Origin: Terriglobia bacterium
GTDB lineage: Bacteria > Acidobacteriota > Terriglobia > 20CM-2-55-15
NCBI GenBank assembly: GCA_963664115.2
Contig: CAXWPJ010000009.1
Location: forward strand, 480,001-544,000
Direction of reading: 5' to 3'
Length of the DNA stretch: 64,000 bases
Every line of letters begins with the position of its first letter. The first letter of the stretch is position 1. The notes below the pieces were generated by a model that saw nothing but the letters and a program-made list of their open reading frames with translations, did not search any database and was not told where the DNA came from. The translations under genes were made by a program, and so were the position numbers. Shown here piece after piece: positions 62,086-64,000 of this stretch.

Positions 62086-63303
62086 TCAGGCTTTTATTCG
62101 GGCAGCCGGGGTTTCTGCCCAGAAAATCGGCTCGACCCCTAGTTCGTGAGCTTCATGAATCAGGACTACAAGATTGTGACAAAGAATCTTGCACAGTGCT
62201 TCGTTGACCAGTGCGCGGTCGGTCTTCGACCGAAGCGAGTCTCCGAACTTCGCCTTAATCATGTGGAACGTGGTTTCGACGTTCGAGCGCTTGTGATAGT
62301 GCTCCAGAAACTCGTCGCGCTTCAACTGGAAGTAGTAGTACATGTCGTTCCAGACCTTGCTGCCGTTCCTGGCTGGCTGTTGGTCTTGAGCGCATGAATT
62401 GGCTCCAGCATTAGTCACCTTCTGCACGTTGTTCGCACTCAGGTAAGCTTGTCAGCGGAAACCTCACGCATCGTGAAGTTCTTGACGTAGATTCCAGCAT
62501 GTCGGGCAGCAACGGTGCATCGTGGGCCTCGCGGCCTCGGATCTCGACGGCTGTAACGATGTTGGTTTTGACGCCGCACATGATGTGGACCTTCACCCAG
62601 ATTCGCTTGAACCGATCGGCCGTGCTTGTGATCGAACCACCTCTCGAATCGGCAGGTGGAGAAGCCGGATGTCCACGGCGAAATCGCGCTCAACCGATTT
62701 CAGAGGAAGGCTCGACTCCGTAATCAGGTTCTCGAGAATCTGAGTCAACCCTGGGTTGTCCATCAAGCCGAAGATCGAGTTGTAGTGGGGAAGTTGGTTC
62801 AGAAACCCCGAAGCTTTGGCATTCCGAAGATCGCTCATGAACCGGCGACCGGAAACGGTCGAGTACCTTGAACGTTGCCGCAAATACCGAATCGGAAATC
62901 GGCAGCGCCGGTCGCCCGCGGCCTGTCCGCTTCGGCTGCTTCAATCCCTGACACAGGCCCCAGAGAAGCATCTGAAACTCGTCCTTCTCGTTGGTTTGCG
63001 CCGCGTTGTAGGCCGTCCAGTCCTGCTTGTAGGTTGGTCTCTTGGTAGCGTAGATGGCCTCTGTGACCTTTGGTCTGTGAGTCGGGCTTTCCTGTTGCAC
63101 TCTGAAGAACTCGACCGCCATGACATGCTTGCACGGCTGTCGGCGCTTCTCCCAGGCAGGTGCAGTGGGAGTTTTGGCCGAGGATCGTGACCGAATAGCG
63201 TCCAGTACCGTACTGCGAAGGAACCAGCCAGCGGCATGCGCCTGGGACTGATACGGAACTTATCCGCGATTTCGAGTGCGCGTTGTTTTCTGGGATTGTC
63301 CAC
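62086..63303 (-). pseudogene. SWIM-DDE transposase 2, multiple frameshifts (possibly sequencing errors)
   Basis: Fragments ALEIADKFRIS, SHCTC, KRPTYKQDW, YSTVSGRRFMSDL, SADK and YHKRSNVETTF match transposase 1. Confidence 0.88.
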
Positions 63304-63318
63304 GGTAGGTCTCCATAC

Positions 63319-63432
63319 TTGATTCGCAAGGGCCGTGGACCTAAAATTGAGGTTGCTGGCCTGTACGGGTGTCACGAGCACCTTGCAGGTTTGTGGTCGC
63401 GCCGGATGCGCCAACATCCGGCGCGGCTATCT
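63319..63432 (+). ncRNA. Putative antisense small RNA upstream of transposase 2
   Basis: TTGATT-17bp-TAAAAT (63319-63347); terminal hairpin CGCGCCGGATG/CATCCGGCGCG. Confidence 0.45.
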
Positions 63433-63439
63433 ACAGGTT

Positions 63440-63527
63440 TGGCGGCGGGTGTGGGAATCGAACCCACGAGCCCCGAGGGACTACCCGGTTGTAAGCCGGG
63501 TCCGATAGACCTCTCTGGCAACCCGCC
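63440..63527 (-). tRNA. Atypical tRNA: Val anticodon (TAC) on a Ser-type long-variable-arm body, CCA encoded
   Basis: GGCGGGT/ACCCGCC-G-CCA; CCCGG-CTTACAA-CCGGG; variable arm AGTCCC-TC-GGGGCT; GTGGG-TTCGATT-CCCAC. Confidence 0.88.
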
Positions 63528-63546
63528 GTTAAACTCATTTCACTTC

Positions 63547-63951
63547 TCAGAACGGAAAGTCGTCGTCAGTGGCTTCCTTCACTATCCACTGGTAAAGAGT
63601 CTTGCCGGCTCTTTCGACTGGTTTGACCTCTCCCTGATCTTCCAGCCGTTTCAGCGTGGTGTGGATGACTGCAAGGGCGTTCTTGTATTTGTTGAGCGGA
63701 AACTCGCTGCTCTGCAGATGCCAAACGGTTGTGCTTGCAAGTAGGCTCTCTTTGAGCACCTCACGGATAGCATCAGTGATTGTCTCTTCTTCAAGGTCTT
63801 CACCTATGAGGCGCTCAGGCTGAGAACCGTCTTTCGCAAATCGCTTCGCTCCTGGTTTCTACAAGCCGAGCTGAGACTCTTCGTTCAGGAGTTCGTCGAG
63901 TTCAGATCTTGCGCCATCAAGTGTCTCTTCGTAATTGCGGTTGGCAGTCAT
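63547..63951 (-). pseudogene. Hypothetical coiled-coil plus wHTH-like protein, frameshifted
   Basis: MTANRNYEETLDGARSELDELL... then ...ALAVIHTTLKRLEDQGEV in another frame. Confidence 0.45.
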
Positions 63952-64000
63952 TATTTACATGGAATTTTATATGTCTGATACGAAAAAGTCAATGGAGGTT

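Larger units (their letters stand above)
62062..64000. mobile_element. Second SWIM-DDE transposon, runs past the window end
   Basis: Starts GGCTTTGCCC immediately after the 9-bp TSD; carries a homologous transposase. Confidence 0.78.

Noticed and set aside
63440-63527. tRNA-Sec or 8/4, 9/3 allo-tRNA fold
   Set aside because: The acceptor/T stems are canonical 7/5 and the anticodon is TAC, not TCA
62086-63951. Programmed frameshifting in transposase 2 and the neighbouring ORF
   Set aside because: Many scattered indels with no slippery motif; better explained by decay or low-quality sequence

Overview
GC-rich bacterial chromosome segment; gene content suggests Acidobacteriota, but this is inference. 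Positions 1-32.8 kb are mostly core genes: MutS-like, ArnT-like, LpxL, htpX, glcDEF, eno, ruvAB, a minimal microcompartment locus, pcrA, glmS/glmU/yvcK, csrA-like, dacB, rnz, miaB and tRNA-Asn. Many intergenic gaps there carry a family of palindromic octamer-repeat elements. Positions 32.8-44.5 kb are a decayed island with integrase remnants, an IS3-family element, a P4/PICI-like satellite and an IS-split HTTM gene. Positions 44.5-55.5 kb hold an amidohydrolase, an orphan nuoG/nuoI pair, a rhodanese, a HAD hydrolase and a Gld-type ABC operon. The main highlight is at 55.5-64 kb: a 6.56-kb cargo transposon with a SWIM-finger DDE transposase, 17-bp terminal inverted repeats, multiple subterminal sites and a 9-bp target duplication. 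It is stacked directly against a second, divergent family member at the same 9-bp site. Cargo includes hicBA, a DUF4325 ATPase, a 362-bp IS1-type gene cassette, a Cas2/VapD-like gene with a divergent repeat sRNA, and, in element 2, a Ser-type long-variable-arm tRNA with a Val (UAC) anticodon. Three near-identical IS1380 copies all sit in CTAG. Sequence beyond about 61.9 kb looks indel-rich, so frameshifts there may be errors.
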